Shown here: in pieces, positions 1 through 9,760 of the stretch | How positions within the stretch are numbered: the first letter of the stretch is position 1 | Layout of the letters: each line of letters opens with the position of its first letter | Assembly (NCBI GenBank): GCA_017614755.1 | Contig: JAGABH010000139.1 | Coordinates: forward strand, 7,868-71,867 | DNA length: 64,000 nucleotides | Direction: 5' to 3' | DNA from: Oscillospiraceae bacterium | Lineage (GTDB): Bacteria > Bacillota > Clostridia > Oscillospirales > Oscillospiraceae | Translations under genes and position numbers: made by a program | The notes under the pieces: model-generated | Seen by the model: only the letters and a program-made list of their open reading frames with translations | What the model was told of the DNA's origin: nothing | The model's database searches: none

Positions 1-457
1 GAGAGAGCAAAAACTCCGGGCGGTCAGCCAATGTGAACGGATGATTGGTCGGCGGGAAGTTGTCCTCTCCCGGCGTGAGCTTTCCTGCACCGTCGTCGGT
101 GCAGTACTGAAAACCAACAATCTGCACACCAGGCGTCTTCGCCGCCTCCTGCAGGACGGAAAGCGTTTCCGGGGCAATGGTGTCGTCACTGTCCAAAAAC
201 AGGAGCCATTCCCCCGTTGCCGCTTCGATACCGGTATTCCGGGCGGCGCCAAGTCCGCCGTTTTCCTGATGGATCACCCGAATCAGATTGGGATAACGCC
301 CGGCGTATTCGTCGCAGATTTTTCCGCTGCCGTCAGTCGCGCCGTCGTCGATCAACAAAACCTCGCAATCCGACGTATGATTCCTCAAGACAGATTCAAG
401 ACAGCGCGAAAGATATTGTTCCACGTTGTAAACCGGAATAATCACGGAAATCGTCAT
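1..457 (-). CDS. Family-2 (GT-A) glycosyltransferase, N-terminal 152 codons; gene runs off the window start
   Basis: Minus-strand ATG at 457. It is absent from the ORF track because the frame is open at the window edge. Reads MTISVIIPVYNVEQYLSRCLESVL..LLIDDGATDGSGKICDEY..NGGLGAARNTGIEAATGEWLLFLDSDD, typical GT2 motifs including DxD. ATGA overlap with the stop of the upstream gene at 454. Confidence 0.85.
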   Translation of the reverse strand, partial: MTISVIIPVYNVEQYLSRCLESVLRNHTSDCEVLLIDDGATDGSGKICDEYAGRYPNLIRVIHQENGGLGAARNTGIEAATGEWLLFLDSDDTIAPETLSVLQEAAKTPGVQIVGFQYCTDDGAGKLTPGEDNFPPTNHPFTLADRPEFLLS

Positions 458-1971
458 GGGATGAGCTCCTTTTTCGTCTCACCGGAAGGTCGATTCCAGC
501 TCAAACGCCAGACACAGGCAAGAACGATCGCAAAATAGAATGACGCATTGTTGCGCCGAAGGACAGACACGGTACTCACGGCATAAACAAGACAAATCGC
601 AAAGGCGATCAAATAGGCCGCGTTTTCAGGGGCAAACATCTTCTTCGGTTCTTTCCGAAGAGATTTCATACTGAGCCACGCAAAATACCCCAGGAAGAGG
701 ATGAGACATCCAACCCCAACAATACCGCAGAGGTAATATACTCCGAGCAGATCATTTTCCGGGTCTGAGGGCTCAGGCTGCTTCTCCCATTGGTCTGTCT
801 CAAACACATAGACTTCCGTCTCCTCCACCCTGGTCCTGCCAAGCTCCATTCCGAACAAACGAGTCAACGGCGCGGAATTTATGGACTCATCCATGAGAAG
901 ACGGCAGAAGACCTGTTTTCTAACCCGGTCATCGCAGATACGGACGTAGTCAAGGGTATAATCATAGGCTTCCGCAACTCGATCTATGCCAAACCGGTCG
1001 ACCATTCCCTGTAGGTTAAACCGGTAAGCCGCGGCAAGCACCCGAAGATCAACCGGTGCTCCCGCCCCTCCATCTTCAGCGCCATAAAGCTCCCTGGCTT
1101 CTGCGACAGCAGTTTCAATCCGCTCCTGTTTGATGTGCGCATTTTCAGACATTGCGGATCGGTTGCGGTTCATCGGGGAAACCGGATAAAGCGCAAGAAA
1201 TAACGCCGCGGAAAGGAGAACGGCAAGGGCCTGGGGCCAACGCTTCCTTCCAGAGATTAATAGGCAGACAGATAAACAGATTCCCGTGGCAGCCAGAGCG
1301 GCATAGGCAAGGCGGGTCCCGAAAGCGAACAGCGCACCAAAACTCAGAAGACAGGCCGCAACAAGAGGAAGAATCTTCCCGGAAAACTTATGAATAGTCC
1401 AGACGATCACAAGTGGAGAAAGCAGGCTTAGAATCGCGCTTTGGGCATTGGTCCAGAAAAACCAGCCGCAGATACCAATTCCTTTTGCAGCGTAGGTATG
1501 GGGATCGGTCCCGGTGACAGCGCTCAGAATCATAATCAGCAAAATCAAACCGAAATCAATCATAAGCCCGGTTTTCACGCCGTCGAAGACCTTTTCGTTT
1601 TCCCGGATGTACACAATAAAGCAATAGGCACTGACGGGAAGCATGAGAATTCTGGCCTGCTCGGAAAGGTCTTCCTTCAGGTTATATGCAGAGGAAACCT
1701 TCAGACAGGTAAGAACATGGGCCGTAAGGTACAGGATAATCCCCAAAACAAAGAAAAGTAAAAGTTTTCTTCTGCGTTGAAACGGCAAAGCCAGCAGAAC
1801 CATCAGCGCAATCATGCCGATACGAAGACCCAGCGTAATGTAATTGGGAAAGCCAAGCTGAATCTGCCAGTAGCTCAGCACGTCCAGAACGGGCTGTAAT
1901 ACGCAGATCACAAGACTCAGAATGGGAAGACGGCCAGAGAGCCTGGATCGGGCGTCCACCGATTGCAGCAT
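454..1971 (-). CDS. Polytopic membrane protein, O-antigen ligase/polymerase-like (Wzy/WaaL superfamily, inferred)
   Basis: 505-aa ORF with about 10 hydrophobic helices, then a soluble insert of about 130 aa and 2-3 C-terminal helices. Motifs GTDPHTY, GWFFWTNAQSAIL and VSVLRRNNASFY are shared with the neighbouring paralog. Sits next to a GT2 gene. Confidence 0.6.
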   Translation of the reverse strand: MLQSVDARSRLSGRLPILSLVICVLQPVLDVLSYWQIQLGFPNYITLGLRIGMIALMVLLALPFQRRRKLLLFFVLGIILYLTAHVLTCLKVSSAYNLKEDLSEQARILMLPVSAYCFIVYIRENEKVFDGVKTGLMIDFGLILLIMILSAVTGTDPHTYAAKGIGICGWFFWTNAQSAILSLLSPLVIVWTIHKFSGKILPLVAACLLSFGALFAFGTRLAYAALAATGICLSVCLLISGRKRWPQALAVLLSAALFLALYPVSPMNRNRSAMSENAHIKQERIETAVAEARELYGAEDGGAGAPVDLRVLAAAYRFNLQGMVDRFGIDRVAEAYDYTLDYVRICDDRVRKQVFCRLLMDESINSAPLTRLFGMELGRTRVEETEVYVFETDQWEKQPEPSDPENDLLGVYYLCGIVGVGCLILFLGYFAWLSMKSLRKEPKKMFAPENAAYLIAFAICLVYAVSTVSVLRRNNASFYFAIVLACVWRLSWNRPSGETKKELIP

Positions 1972-2013
1972 GGCATTCCTCTCCTTTCCGATTAGTCTGA
2001 TCTGACCAACGCA

Positions 2014-3561
2014 TTAGTGATTGTTGACAGAGTATTCCTGTTCTTCATCCTTCCGGGACAAATACCACAGCCCTGCAAGAACCATGGCCAGATAAATCGA
2101 CGCATTATTCCGACGCAGGACAGATGCGGTAAAATATGCATGAATCAAGCCCAACCCATAGGCTGCTGTAAAGGCGCAAATGGGGAGCGTAAAGAATCGC
2201 TTCGGTTCTCGAATGACCACAAGCAGAGCCCGAATACCAAACCAAAGCAGGAACAGGAGCATCAAAATGAGGCCCCACACGCCGGTGAGAAAATAAATCC
2301 CATGAAGATCATTCTCCACGTCATAGTTATCCGTCACGAGCTTGCTGTTCACATCATAGCGGGAGTAGGTCATTTCCGCCAGGTTGAGGCCAAATAATTT
2401 GGAAGGCAGCTCGGATTCCGCCATCAAAAGCTCACAGAAGCGAATTTTCATCAAGCGGGTATTGCTCAATATTCTCGGGTCGAGCGTATAGTCGTAGACC
2501 TCAAAGACCCGATCACGACCAAATCGTTCCACCATAGACCAGATGATGTCCTGAGAACGGTAAAGGGTCTCCAGCTTTAAAGCGGTGTTCTCATCCAGAA
2601 CCACATGGGGCTTTGTACCGTTCGGATCGTCATCTTCCCCTGTTTCGCCGCTTGGAACCGTCTCAGTCTCAGTCTCAAGGACCAAATGAATATCCATGTC
2701 CTCAATTCGTTGTTGTGTCAGCGCGGCGCGAGAATCGTTAATATCAAGACGCTTCTGCATAGGCGAAAGCGGAATGGCCGCCAAGAAAAGACAGGTAACC
2801 AGAGCTATCGTCAAGGCCTGGCGCCAACGATCCCGATGAATCAGGAGCAGACAGAAAGCAACAAAAAGGCCGGAGCCAATCATGCTGGCAAAGGCCAGCC
2901 TGGGTGCCAGGAAGTAGAGCGTAGCCTCAGAGACAGCTGTAACTGCTGCCACGGGCAGAAGCCGCTTCCCCCAATGCCGAACCGCCCAACAGATCACAAT
3001 AGGATTCAGCATAGCAAGAATGGCACTCTGGCTGTTGGTCCAGAGGAACCACCCTAAAACGCCGGTTTGGTCGACTGAATATGTATGTGGATCGGTGCCG
3101 GTGATGGTGCTGAGAAGCTGAACGCCCGCAATCAGAAAAATATCCGCAGCCATACCCCGAATCATTGCAGGAAAGACGTCCCGATTACACCGCAAAAAGG
3201 TGATGAAGCACAGGGTCATCAGCGGCAGAAAATAGATACGGACAAGATTGATCAAATCTGTAACCGGAGAAACATATCCGTTATCGAAACGAAGGCAGGC
3301 AAAAATATGGCCAACCGTAAGCACTCCAAGAACCAGCGCAGCAATCAAGTAAACCCGCTTCCGGTCCGAGAGCAAAAAGCCCAATAAAACAGACCCGCCC
3401 AGAAGAAGCATACGGGCCATCATTGTTACAGTATTGCCGATCCCAATCTGTTGCTGCCAGTATCCGATTATATCAAGAACAGGCTGAACCACACAGAGCA
3501 AAAAAACAAGTCGAGGAAGTTTGCTCCGTACCCGTTGCAGAAACGGCTGTAGTGCGTTCAT
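2014..3561 (-). CDS. Paralogous O-antigen ligase/polymerase-like membrane protein
   Basis: ORF 2014..3669. The likely start is the ATG at 3561 (MNALQPFLQRVRSKLPRLVFLLCVVQPVLD), which aligns with the N-terminus of the 454..1971 paralog and follows GAGAGGGGGAA. Shares GTDPHTY, GWFLWTNSQSAIL and ASVLRRNNASIY. Confidence 0.6.
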   Translation of the reverse strand: MNALQPFLQRVRSKLPRLVFLLCVVQPVLDIIGYWQQQIGIGNTVTMMARMLLLGGSVLLGFLLSDRKRVYLIAALVLGVLTVGHIFACLRFDNGYVSPVTDLINLVRIYFLPLMTLCFITFLRCNRDVFPAMIRGMAADIFLIAGVQLLSTITGTDPHTYSVDQTGVLGWFLWTNSQSAILAMLNPIVICWAVRHWGKRLLPVAAVTAVSEATLYFLAPRLAFASMIGSGLFVAFCLLLIHRDRWRQALTIALVTCLFLAAIPLSPMQKRLDINDSRAALTQQRIEDMDIHLVLETETETVPSGETGEDDDPNGTKPHVVLDENTALKLETLYRSQDIIWSMVERFGRDRVFEVYDYTLDPRILSNTRLMKIRFCELLMAESELPSKLFGLNLAEMTYSRYDVNSKLVTDNYDVENDLHGIYFLTGVWGLILMLLFLLWFGIRALLVVIREPKRFFTLPICAFTAAYGLGLIHAYFTASVLRRNNASIYLAMVLAGLWYLSRKDEEQEYSVNNH

Positions 3562-3699
3562 GGGATTCCCCCTCTCGAATGAATCAAGGTCATTGTCTTT
3601 CCAATCACTATACCATAAAATCGTTCCGATGTCCAGAAAAAATATCCTCTGCAAAAAGAGAAGCGGCATCCGGAAACCGGATGCCGCAAAGCTGAAAAA

Positions 3700-3978
3700 T
3701 CAGCCGTTCTCTCTCATCTTTGCAAAGCACTCGCTGCAGTACACAGGACGATCGGTCTTGGGCTCAAAGGGAACACGAGCTTCCTTGCCGCAGGCGGCGC
3801 AGGTAGCGGTGAAGAACTCTCTGGGTCCACGGACAGCGTTCTTGCGAGCGTCACGGCAGGCCTTGCAGCGCTGGGGCTCATTCTGGAAGCCTCTCTCAGC
3901 GTAGAATTCCTGCTCGCCGGCGGTGAAAACGAACTCGTTGCCGCACTCTTTGCAAACTAAGGTCTTGTCTTCGAACAT
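3700..3978 (-). CDS. Small zinc-ribbon protein (two CxxC pairs repeated)
   Basis: 92 aa reading CKECGNEFVFTAGEQEFYAERGF..PQRCKACR then CAACGKEARVPFEP..RPVYCSECF, a duplicated CxxC..CxxC zinc-ribbon. RBS AAAGAGAGG precedes the ATG. Confidence 0.75.
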   Translation of the reverse strand: MFEDKTLVCKECGNEFVFTAGEQEFYAERGFQNEPQRCKACRDARKNAVRGPREFFTATCAACGKEARVPFEPKTDRPVYCSECFAKMRENG

Positions 3979-4242
3979 GGGAAATACCTCTCTTTTGGTT
4001 GCCTGTCCAATTCTTTCGCGAACATTGGCAGATTTAGAATATGCTAAACGGCTAAACCGTTTTCGCCAAGATAGCTGCGGCCCTTCTCAGATCCCGGTGA
4101 ACTTAATCCACCGAAACATCCCTGACCGCATGACACGAAGAAAGAACGCCTGATCGGTATCCCATTCCGGAAACAAAACCGTGATCGTGTCTGCTGATTG
4201 GTCATTGTATGCTATAAGCTTATTATGAATGGCCCGAAAATT

Positions 4243-4270
4243 ATTATACCACGCAATCATCGCCTGTCAA
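4243..4270 (-). promoter_or_regulatory. Near-consensus sigma-70/SigA-type promoter facing the Zn-ribbon gene
   Basis: Minus strand reads TTGACA (4270..4265), a 16-nt spacer, then TGgTATAAT (-10 at 4248..4243). An A/T-rich UP-like tract lies upstream. It sits about 260 nt upstream of the ATG at 3978. Confidence 0.5.
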
Positions 4271-4367
4271 TAAATTTTTTTGCAAATTGGGCACATTTTT
4301 TTAAAAAAAACCAAGTAGTTGTGAACTAATTATGAATAAAGAGTGTATATACGATGGTATATTATGA

Positions 4368-5405
4368 TTACAGCTTCATAGACTGCTGTCCAAGATACTG
4401 AATCCCCAAATGATCGTATGCAAGCTGCGTCACGCAGCGGCCCCGGGGGGTACGGGAGAGAAAGCCTATCTGCATGAGATAGGGTTCATAGACATCCTCC
4501 AGCGTGACAGCCTCTTCTCCGATGGTGGCGGCCAGGGTTTCCAGGCCCACAGGGCCTCCACCGTAGTTTTCAATAATCGCACGCAGCATCCGGTGGTCGA
4601 TGCGGTCGAGTCCCAGTGCGTCAATCTCCAGCTTTTCCAGTGCGTGGGCGGCAGCCTCCGCCGTAATCACACCGTCATAGTAAATCTGCGCATAATCCCG
4701 AACTCGACGGAGAATGCGGTTTGCGATACGGGGAGTACCCCGGCTCCGCGAAGCAATCTCCCTCGCCCCGTCCGGATCAATCTGCATTCCAAAAAGGGTG
4801 GCGGACCGGGTGACGATCTTCGCAAGTTCCATAGTCTGATACAGCTCCAGGCGAAGCGACACGCCGAACCGATCCCGCAGGGGTGAGGAGAGCTGCCCTG
4901 CCCGGGTGGTGGCGCCAATCAGGGTAAATCTGGGAAGGTCCAGACGAATGGAATTCGCGCTGGGACCCTTGCCTACGATGATGTCGATGGCAAAGTCCTC
5001 CATCGCGGGATAGAGGATTTCCTCCACCACACGATTCAGTCGGTGAATCTCATCGATGAAAAGAATATCCCCAGGGTTCAGGTTCGTCAAAAGAGCCGCA
5101 AGATCTCCGGGCTTTTCAATGGCGGGTCCGGAGGTAATCCGGATGTTGACTCCCATCTCATTGGCAATAACCCCTGCAAGCGTAGTCTTGCCAAGCCCCG
5201 GAGGACCATAAAGAAGAACGTGATCCAGCGGCTCATTTCGCCGTCTGGCAGCCTCAATATAAACCGCAAGGTTTTCCTTTGCCTTTTCCTGCCCGGTGTA
5301 ATCCCGGAGGGTTCTGGGACGCAGGGAGACCTCTCCCTCATCCAGGGGCGTAACGGAGGCTGTCACCAAAGGCGCTTCGTAGTCCTGCGAAAAATCGATA
5401 CTCAT
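4368..5405 (-). CDS. ruvB: Holliday junction branch-migration helicase RuvB
   Basis: Contains [19 protein letters not shown], Walker [12 protein letters not shown], Walker [11 protein letters not shown] and sensor GATTRAG..PLRDRFG. Full length, 345 aa. Confidence 0.97.
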   Translation of the reverse strand: MSIDFSQDYEAPLVTASVTPLDEGEVSLRPRTLRDYTGQEKAKENLAVYIEAARRRNEPLDHVLLYGPPGLGKTTLAGVIANEMGVNIRITSGPAIEKPGDLAALLTNLNPGDILFIDEIHRLNRVVEEILYPAMEDFAIDIIVGKGPSANSIRLDLPRFTLIGATTRAGQLSSPLRDRFGVSLRLELYQTMELAKIVTRSATLFGMQIDPDGAREIASRSRGTPRIANRILRRVRDYAQIYYDGVITAEAAAHALEKLEIDALGLDRIDHRMLRAIIENYGGGPVGLETLAATIGEEAVTLEDVYEPYLMQIGFLSRTPRGRCVTQLAYDHLGIQYLGQQSMKL

Positions 5406-5415
5406 TAGCCTTTCC

Positions 5416-6021
5416 TCACTTCATCACCATTGCCCGAAGGCCATAGCGGATCAGCTCTTCCACACTCATATGCTCGGCGTCGGCCCCCTTCAGGGCGGAA
5501 ACCGCCTCAGACTGGGAGTAGCCAAGTTCCGACAGTGCGGCGGACGCCAGAGCGATCCGGCTGCCGTCCGCGTAGGACGACGGAGCGGCAATTCCATCGG
5601 AGCCGGTGGAAAAATCCAGCGTACCGCCGATCTTGTCCTTCAGCTCCAGAATAATCCGCTTGGCGCTTTTGGCCCCCACGCCCTTGGCTCGCGTAATGGA
5701 TTTTTCATCTCCAGTCATAATGGCAAGGGTGAGCTGATCGGGAGACAGAACAGAAAGAATCGCCAGAGCGGAAGCGGGACCTACGCCGGTAACGCCGGTC
5801 AGCAGTTCAAACAGACGCAGCTCCTCTTTGCCGGAGAAGCCGTAGATATCGAAGGCATCCTCTTTGACGTTCACATGGGTGTAGAGACGGTGCTCCTCCC
5901 CTACCCGAAGCAGAGACTGCGTGTAATTGCTGCAATGGCAGGCATAGCCAACCCCACCGCAGTCCACAACAGCCAGTCCGGCCTCCAGGACGGTAATCTT
6001 CCCGTTCAAATAGTAGAACAT
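5416..6021 (-). CDS. ruvA: Holliday junction DNA-binding protein RuvA
   Basis: Reads [18 protein letters not shown]..., HhH region [18 protein letters not shown] and [18 protein letters not shown]. Sits between ruvC and ruvB. Confidence 0.95.
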   Translation of the reverse strand: MFYYLNGKITVLEAGLAVVDCGGVGYACHCSNYTQSLLRVGEEHRLYTHVNVKEDAFDIYGFSGKEELRLFELLTGVTGVGPASALAILSVLSPDQLTLAIMTGDEKSITRAKGVGAKSAKRIILELKDKIGGTLDFSTGSDGIAAPSSYADGSRIALASAALSELGYSQSEAVSALKGADAEHMSVEELIRYGLRAMVMK

Positions 6022-6024
6022 GAC

Positions 6025-6531
6025 TTACTCCTTTTGTTCTGCCTGCACGCGGGCAAGCAGGGATGTCTGGGACCTGGCATGACAAAGGGCAATGGCAATG
6101 GCATCCGCTGCGTCGTCAGGACGGGCAACCCGGTCCATGTGGAGCAGACGGCGAGTCATGTCCATCACCTGCCGTTTTTCTGCTTTTCCATAACCAACCA
6201 CTGCCTGCTTTACCTGCATGGGCGTGTACTCAAAAACAGGAACGCCCGCCTTGGTCAGGGCCAGAAGAATTACGCCGCGGCCATGGGAAACGCCGATACC
6301 GGTGGTAATATTGTGGCCCCAAAAAAGCTCCTCTACGGCGGCGGCATCTGGGGAAGTTACCTCAACAAGCCGCATCAGATCGTCGTAAAGAATCTCCAGT
6401 CTTTTGGGAAAAGGCAGCTCCTTGGGCGTTGTTACAACGCCGTACCGAAGCAGCCGAACCCCGGCAGGCTCCGTCTGAAGCAGGCCGAAGCCGGTGGTGG
6501 CATAGCCTGGATCGATACCTAAAATTCGCAT
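6025..6531 (-). CDS. ruvC: Crossover junction endodeoxyribonuclease RuvC
   Basis: Reads MRILGIDPGYATTGFG..., GYGKAEKRQV, and DAADAIAIALCH (catalytic acidic residues). Confidence 0.95.
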   Translation of the reverse strand: MRILGIDPGYATTGFGLLQTEPAGVRLLRYGVVTTPKELPFPKRLEILYDDLMRLVEVTSPDAAAVEELFWGHNITTGIGVSHGRGVILLALTKAGVPVFEYTPMQVKQAVVGYGKAEKRQVMDMTRRLLHMDRVARPDDAADAIAIALCHARSQTSLLARVQAEQKE

Positions 6532-6532
6532 C

Positions 6533-6760
6533 TTATTCGTGTAAAACTCCGGAAATCCAACCGAGGTACAGGATCACGCCGACGATCACAATAATTGCCA
6601 GAATCCAGGCCAGAAGACGAGTTCCCTTGGTACTTGCCACGTATTCCGGATCATCGCGTTCCAGAACAGGCTCATAATCATCAAGCTGCTCCAGCTCTTC
6701 CAACTCTTCCTGTTGTTCCAGTTCTTCCTGGTTTTCCTGAATAATCTCATTTTCAGACAT
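6533..6760 (-). CDS. Small acidic tail-anchored membrane protein (hypothetical)
   Basis: The internal ATG at 6760 follows AGGAGG. The 75-aa product has an E/Q-rich N-terminus (MSENEIIQENQEELEQQEELEELEQ) and one C-terminal TM helix (LLAWILAIIVIVGVILYLGWI). The longer 109-aa ORF lacks an RBS. Confidence 0.55.
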   Translation of the reverse strand: MSENEIIQENQEELEQQEELEELEQLDDYEPVLERDDPEYVASTKGTRLLAWILAIIVIVGVILYLGWISGVLHE

Positions 6761-6874
6761 ATGTATCACCTCCTGGGTATGATAACATAAAACCGATAGA
6801 ATTGCAAGACAAGTCGCCCCCTGCGGAGAAAGATTTTCTCCGCAGGGGACGGAAAAAAACAAAACAGCAAATGC

Positions 6875-8158
6875 TCAGCTGACCTGCTCCAGAGCGGCCA
6901 ATTTCAGGCAGAGACAGAAAATCTCAACGGCCTGCCGCAGCTCATCCAGCCCGGGATAGCTGGGGGCGATTCGAATATTGCTGTCGGCGGGGTCCTTCCC
7001 GTAGGGATAGGTAGCGCCGGCAGCAGTCATGGTCACGCCGGCCTGTGCGCAAAGCTCCAGAGTCCGCTTGGCCAGACCCGGCAGAGTGTTCACAGACACA
7101 AAGTAACCGCCTTTGGGAGTTTCCCAAGAGGCCAGACCAAGGGGTTTGATCTCCTGCTCCAGGGCATCCAACACGCAGGAAAACTTGGGTCGAAGCACCT
7201 GTGCGTGCTTCGCCATCACATCCAACGTGTGGGCCTTATCCCGCAGGAAACGCACATGACGGAGCTGATTGACCTTGTCGAAGGAGATAATCTGATATTT
7301 CATAAGCCCCTGCAAATAGGTCTGGTTGGCTTCGCTGGCGGCCATCACGCTGATGCCCGCGCCGGGGAAGGTAATCTTGGAAGTGGATGCGAACTCAAAG
7401 ACCATATCAGCGTTCCCGGCAGCAGCGCAAAGGCTCAGGATGTCCGGGAAGGTCTGGTAATCTCCGAAAACCTCGTGGACGCAATAGGCGTTGTCCCAAA
7501 TCAGCGTAAAATCGGGTGCGGCGGGACGGAGCGCAGCAATTCGGTCAATGATGCTCCGGGAATAGACAATACCCTGAGGATTAGAATACTTGGGAACGCA
7601 CCACATCCCCTTGACGGTCGGGTCCTTCACCAGCTCTTCCACCAGGTCCATGTCCGGTCCCTCGGCGGTCATGGGAACGGTGAGCAGTTCCATCCCAAAG
7701 CTCTGGGAAATACTGAAATGACGGTCATAGCCGGGGGCCGGGCAGAGCCATTTGACAACCGGCTCCTTCGACCAAGGCCGGGGACTGTGCTGCAGGCCGT
7801 GGGTGTAGGCCTTGGCAATCAGGTCATACATCAGCTGAAGACTGGCAGAACCGCCGATAAAGCACTGCTCCGGCTTGCAGCCCAGAATCTCGGCAAAGAG
7901 ATTCTTCGCCTCAGGCAAACCGGAAAGATTGCCGTAGTTGCGGACGTCCAGCCCGTCGCTGACGCAATCCTCGGGTTTGGAGAGAACCGTCAGAATGTCG
8001 GAAACAAGGTCAAGCTGTTCCTTTCCCGGCTTTCCCCGAGCCATATTGAGCTTCAGCTTCTTTTCACAGACGCGGTCAAATTCCTCCTGCAAGGACTTGC
8101 GGAGGGCCTCCTTTTCGGGAAGCGTCAGGTTGGCAAAAGGTTTCAAAGCATTTCCCAT
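6875..8158 (-). CDS. Class I/II-fold PLP-dependent aminotransferase
   Basis: 427 aa. Reads KLNMARGKPG..., YSNPQG, and FASTSKITFPGAGIS (PLP-lysine context). General aspartate-aminotransferase-like layout. Confidence 0.8.
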   Translation of the reverse strand: MGNALKPFANLTLPEKEALRKSLQEEFDRVCEKKLKLNMARGKPGKEQLDLVSDILTVLSKPEDCVSDGLDVRNYGNLSGLPEAKNLFAEILGCKPEQCFIGGSASLQLMYDLIAKAYTHGLQHSPRPWSKEPVVKWLCPAPGYDRHFSISQSFGMELLTVPMTAEGPDMDLVEELVKDPTVKGMWCVPKYSNPQGIVYSRSIIDRIAALRPAAPDFTLIWDNAYCVHEVFGDYQTFPDILSLCAAAGNADMVFEFASTSKITFPGAGISVMAASEANQTYLQGLMKYQIISFDKVNQLRHVRFLRDKAHTLDVMAKHAQVLRPKFSCVLDALEQEIKPLGLASWETPKGGYFVSVNTLPGLAKRTLELCAQAGVTMTAAGATYPYGKDPADSNIRIAPSYPGLDELRQAVEIFCLCLKLAALEQVS

Positions 8159-8205
8159 CCTTTCCTATGTGGCAGGCAATCAGGCCACTGAAATGTGACA
8201 CCTGT

Positions 8206-8234
8206 ATTGTACCCTACAACCTGACGGAATGCAA
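8206..8234 (-). promoter_or_regulatory. Candidate SigA promoter for the aminotransferase gene
   Basis: Minus strand reads TTGCAT (8234..8229), 17 nt, TACAAT (8211..8206). It lies about 45 nt upstream of the ATG at 8158. Confidence 0.35.
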
Positions 8235-8290
8235 GCAACATTTACTGAATGGGGCAGAACTGATGCTTATACTTGTTATCAGAAATTGAA

Positions 8291-9760
8291 TTACAGGACA
8301 AGGCAAATCAAGCCGTTTGCACCCTCGTTGACAATACGTTCCAAGGCCTTGCGCAGCTTCATTCTGGCGTCCTCCGGCAGTCCGGTCATTTTCACAGTCA
8401 TCCGTTCGTTAACCAGTTCATAAAGGGTCTTTCCAAACAGATTGCTCTCCCATAGTTTTTCCTGTTCCGTTTCTCCGGTCTCGGTTAACCGCTGTACCAG
8501 TTCCCTGGCCTGATCCTCGCTGCCTACGATTGGGCTGAGCTCCGCGGCAAGTTCCGCCCGCAGCATATGAATGGATGGAGCACTGGCCTGTAGACGCACG
8601 CCCCAGGCGCCGCCCTTTTTTATCAGCTCCGGCGGCTGAAGGGTCAGCTGGGCCCGGGCAGGCATGACGATGCCATAGCCTGTGCTCTCCACCTGCTTCA
8701 GAGCAGCGCTCAGCCGCTCGTGCTCCTCCCGAATTTCGGCATAGTGAGAAAGCGTGCGGAGCAGGTCTCCGTCGTTTTCCATTTGAACCCCGGAGCGCTG
8801 AGACAAAATCTCATAGAATAACGCTTCCCGCAGGGAGACTGTATAACGAATCGCGCCGTTTCCCAGATCAATTTCCGCCACAACGCAGCGAGAAACAGAG
8901 CTTAACTCCTCCAGTGCAGAGGAAACAAGGCCGGACTGACAGATGCGTCCCAGTTCCCCGGCAGCTTCCCGAATGACGCGGAAAATCTCTCGCTTACAGG
9001 GGTGTTCCTGTTCAAGAACGTCGAACCAGGACGGGAAGGTGAATTCCATTCGATCCGGCGAAAACTGGCCCAAAAGCTCCGTAAGGATTCGGGAAATGTC
9101 CCCCTTGGACAGGGTCAGTAAATCGGAGGCCAAAACCGTCGCGCCGCTGGATGCTTCTATCTGGCGCACCAGCGCTTCCGTTTCCGCAGAATCCGGCGCC
9201 GCGGTGTTCAGAAGAACAAGGAAGGGCTTTCCTGTTGCCTGCATATCCCGGATGGCCCGCGCCTCCGCGGCGGCATAGTCCTCTCTGGGAATATCCGTAA
9301 CAGTCCCGTCGGTAGACACGACAAGACCGACGGTGCAGTGGTCCTCCATTACCTTTTTTGTTCCGATCTCCGCAGCGTCCGTCATGGGGATTTCGTGGTC
9401 AAACCAAGGCGTTGTGACCATTCTGGGCGCCCCTTCCTCCATTGCGCCGATTGCCCCTGGAATCATATAGCCCACAGAGTCAATCAGACGAATGGAGAGC
9501 CTGGTCTGTCCGTCGGGAGAAATCTCCACCGCTTCTTCCGGCACAAATTTCGGCTCAGCAGTCATAATCGTTTTTCCGGAGCCGCATTGCGGAAGCTCGT
9601 CCCGGGCACGCTCCCGGACATATTCATCCCCGATGTTGGGGATAACAAGCTCCTCCATCATGCGTTTGACCAGAGTGGATTTCCCCACCCGCACCGGTCC
9701 CGTAACTCCCACATAGACATTGCCGCCGGTTCGGCGCTGCATATCCTCATACAAATTCAT
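8291..9760 (-). CDS. spoIVA: Stage IV sporulation protein A (spore-coat basement-layer ATPase)
   Basis: Collinear with my recollection of B. subtilis SpoIVA. Shared stretches: RTGGNVYVGVTGPVRVGKST (Walker A), GKTIMTAEPKFVP, IRLIDSVGY, PRMVTTPW, APSIHML and the C-terminal ERIVNEGANGLICLVL. Confidence 0.95.
   Translation of the reverse strand: MNLYEDMQRRTGGNVYVGVTGPVRVGKSTLVKRMMEELVIPNIGDEYVRERARDELPQCGSGKTIMTAEPKFVPEEAVEISPDGQTRLSIRLIDSVGYMIPGAIGAMEEGAPRMVTTPWFDHEIPMTDAAEIGTKKVMEDHCTVGLVVSTDGTVTDIPREDYAAAEARAIRDMQATGKPFLVLLNTAAPDSAETEALVRQIEASSGATVLASDLLTLSKGDISRILTELLGQFSPDRMEFTFPSWFDVLEQEHPCKREIFRVIREAAGELGRICQSGLVSSALEELSSVSRCVVAEIDLGNGAIRYTVSLREALFYEILSQRSGVQMENDGDLLRTLSHYAEIREEHERLSAALKQVESTGYGIVMPARAQLTLQPPELIKKGGAWGVRLQASAPSIHMLRAELAAELSPIVGSEDQARELVQRLTETGETEQEKLWESNLFGKTLYELVNERMTVKMTGLPEDARMKLRKALERIVNEGANGLICLVL

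Noticed and set aside
41-538. 165-aa plus-strand ORF at the window start
   Set aside because: The opposite strand encodes an obvious GT2 glycosyltransferase N-terminus starting at 457. The plus-strand product has no motif and is Arg-rich.
3979-4150. 57-codon minus-strand ORF (MTNQQTRSRFCFRNG..) within the Zn-ribbon gene leader, and the 76-aa plus-strand ORF 3923..4153
   Set aside because: Neither has a Shine-Dalgarno, a recognisable motif or typical codon composition. I treat this stretch as leader RNA.
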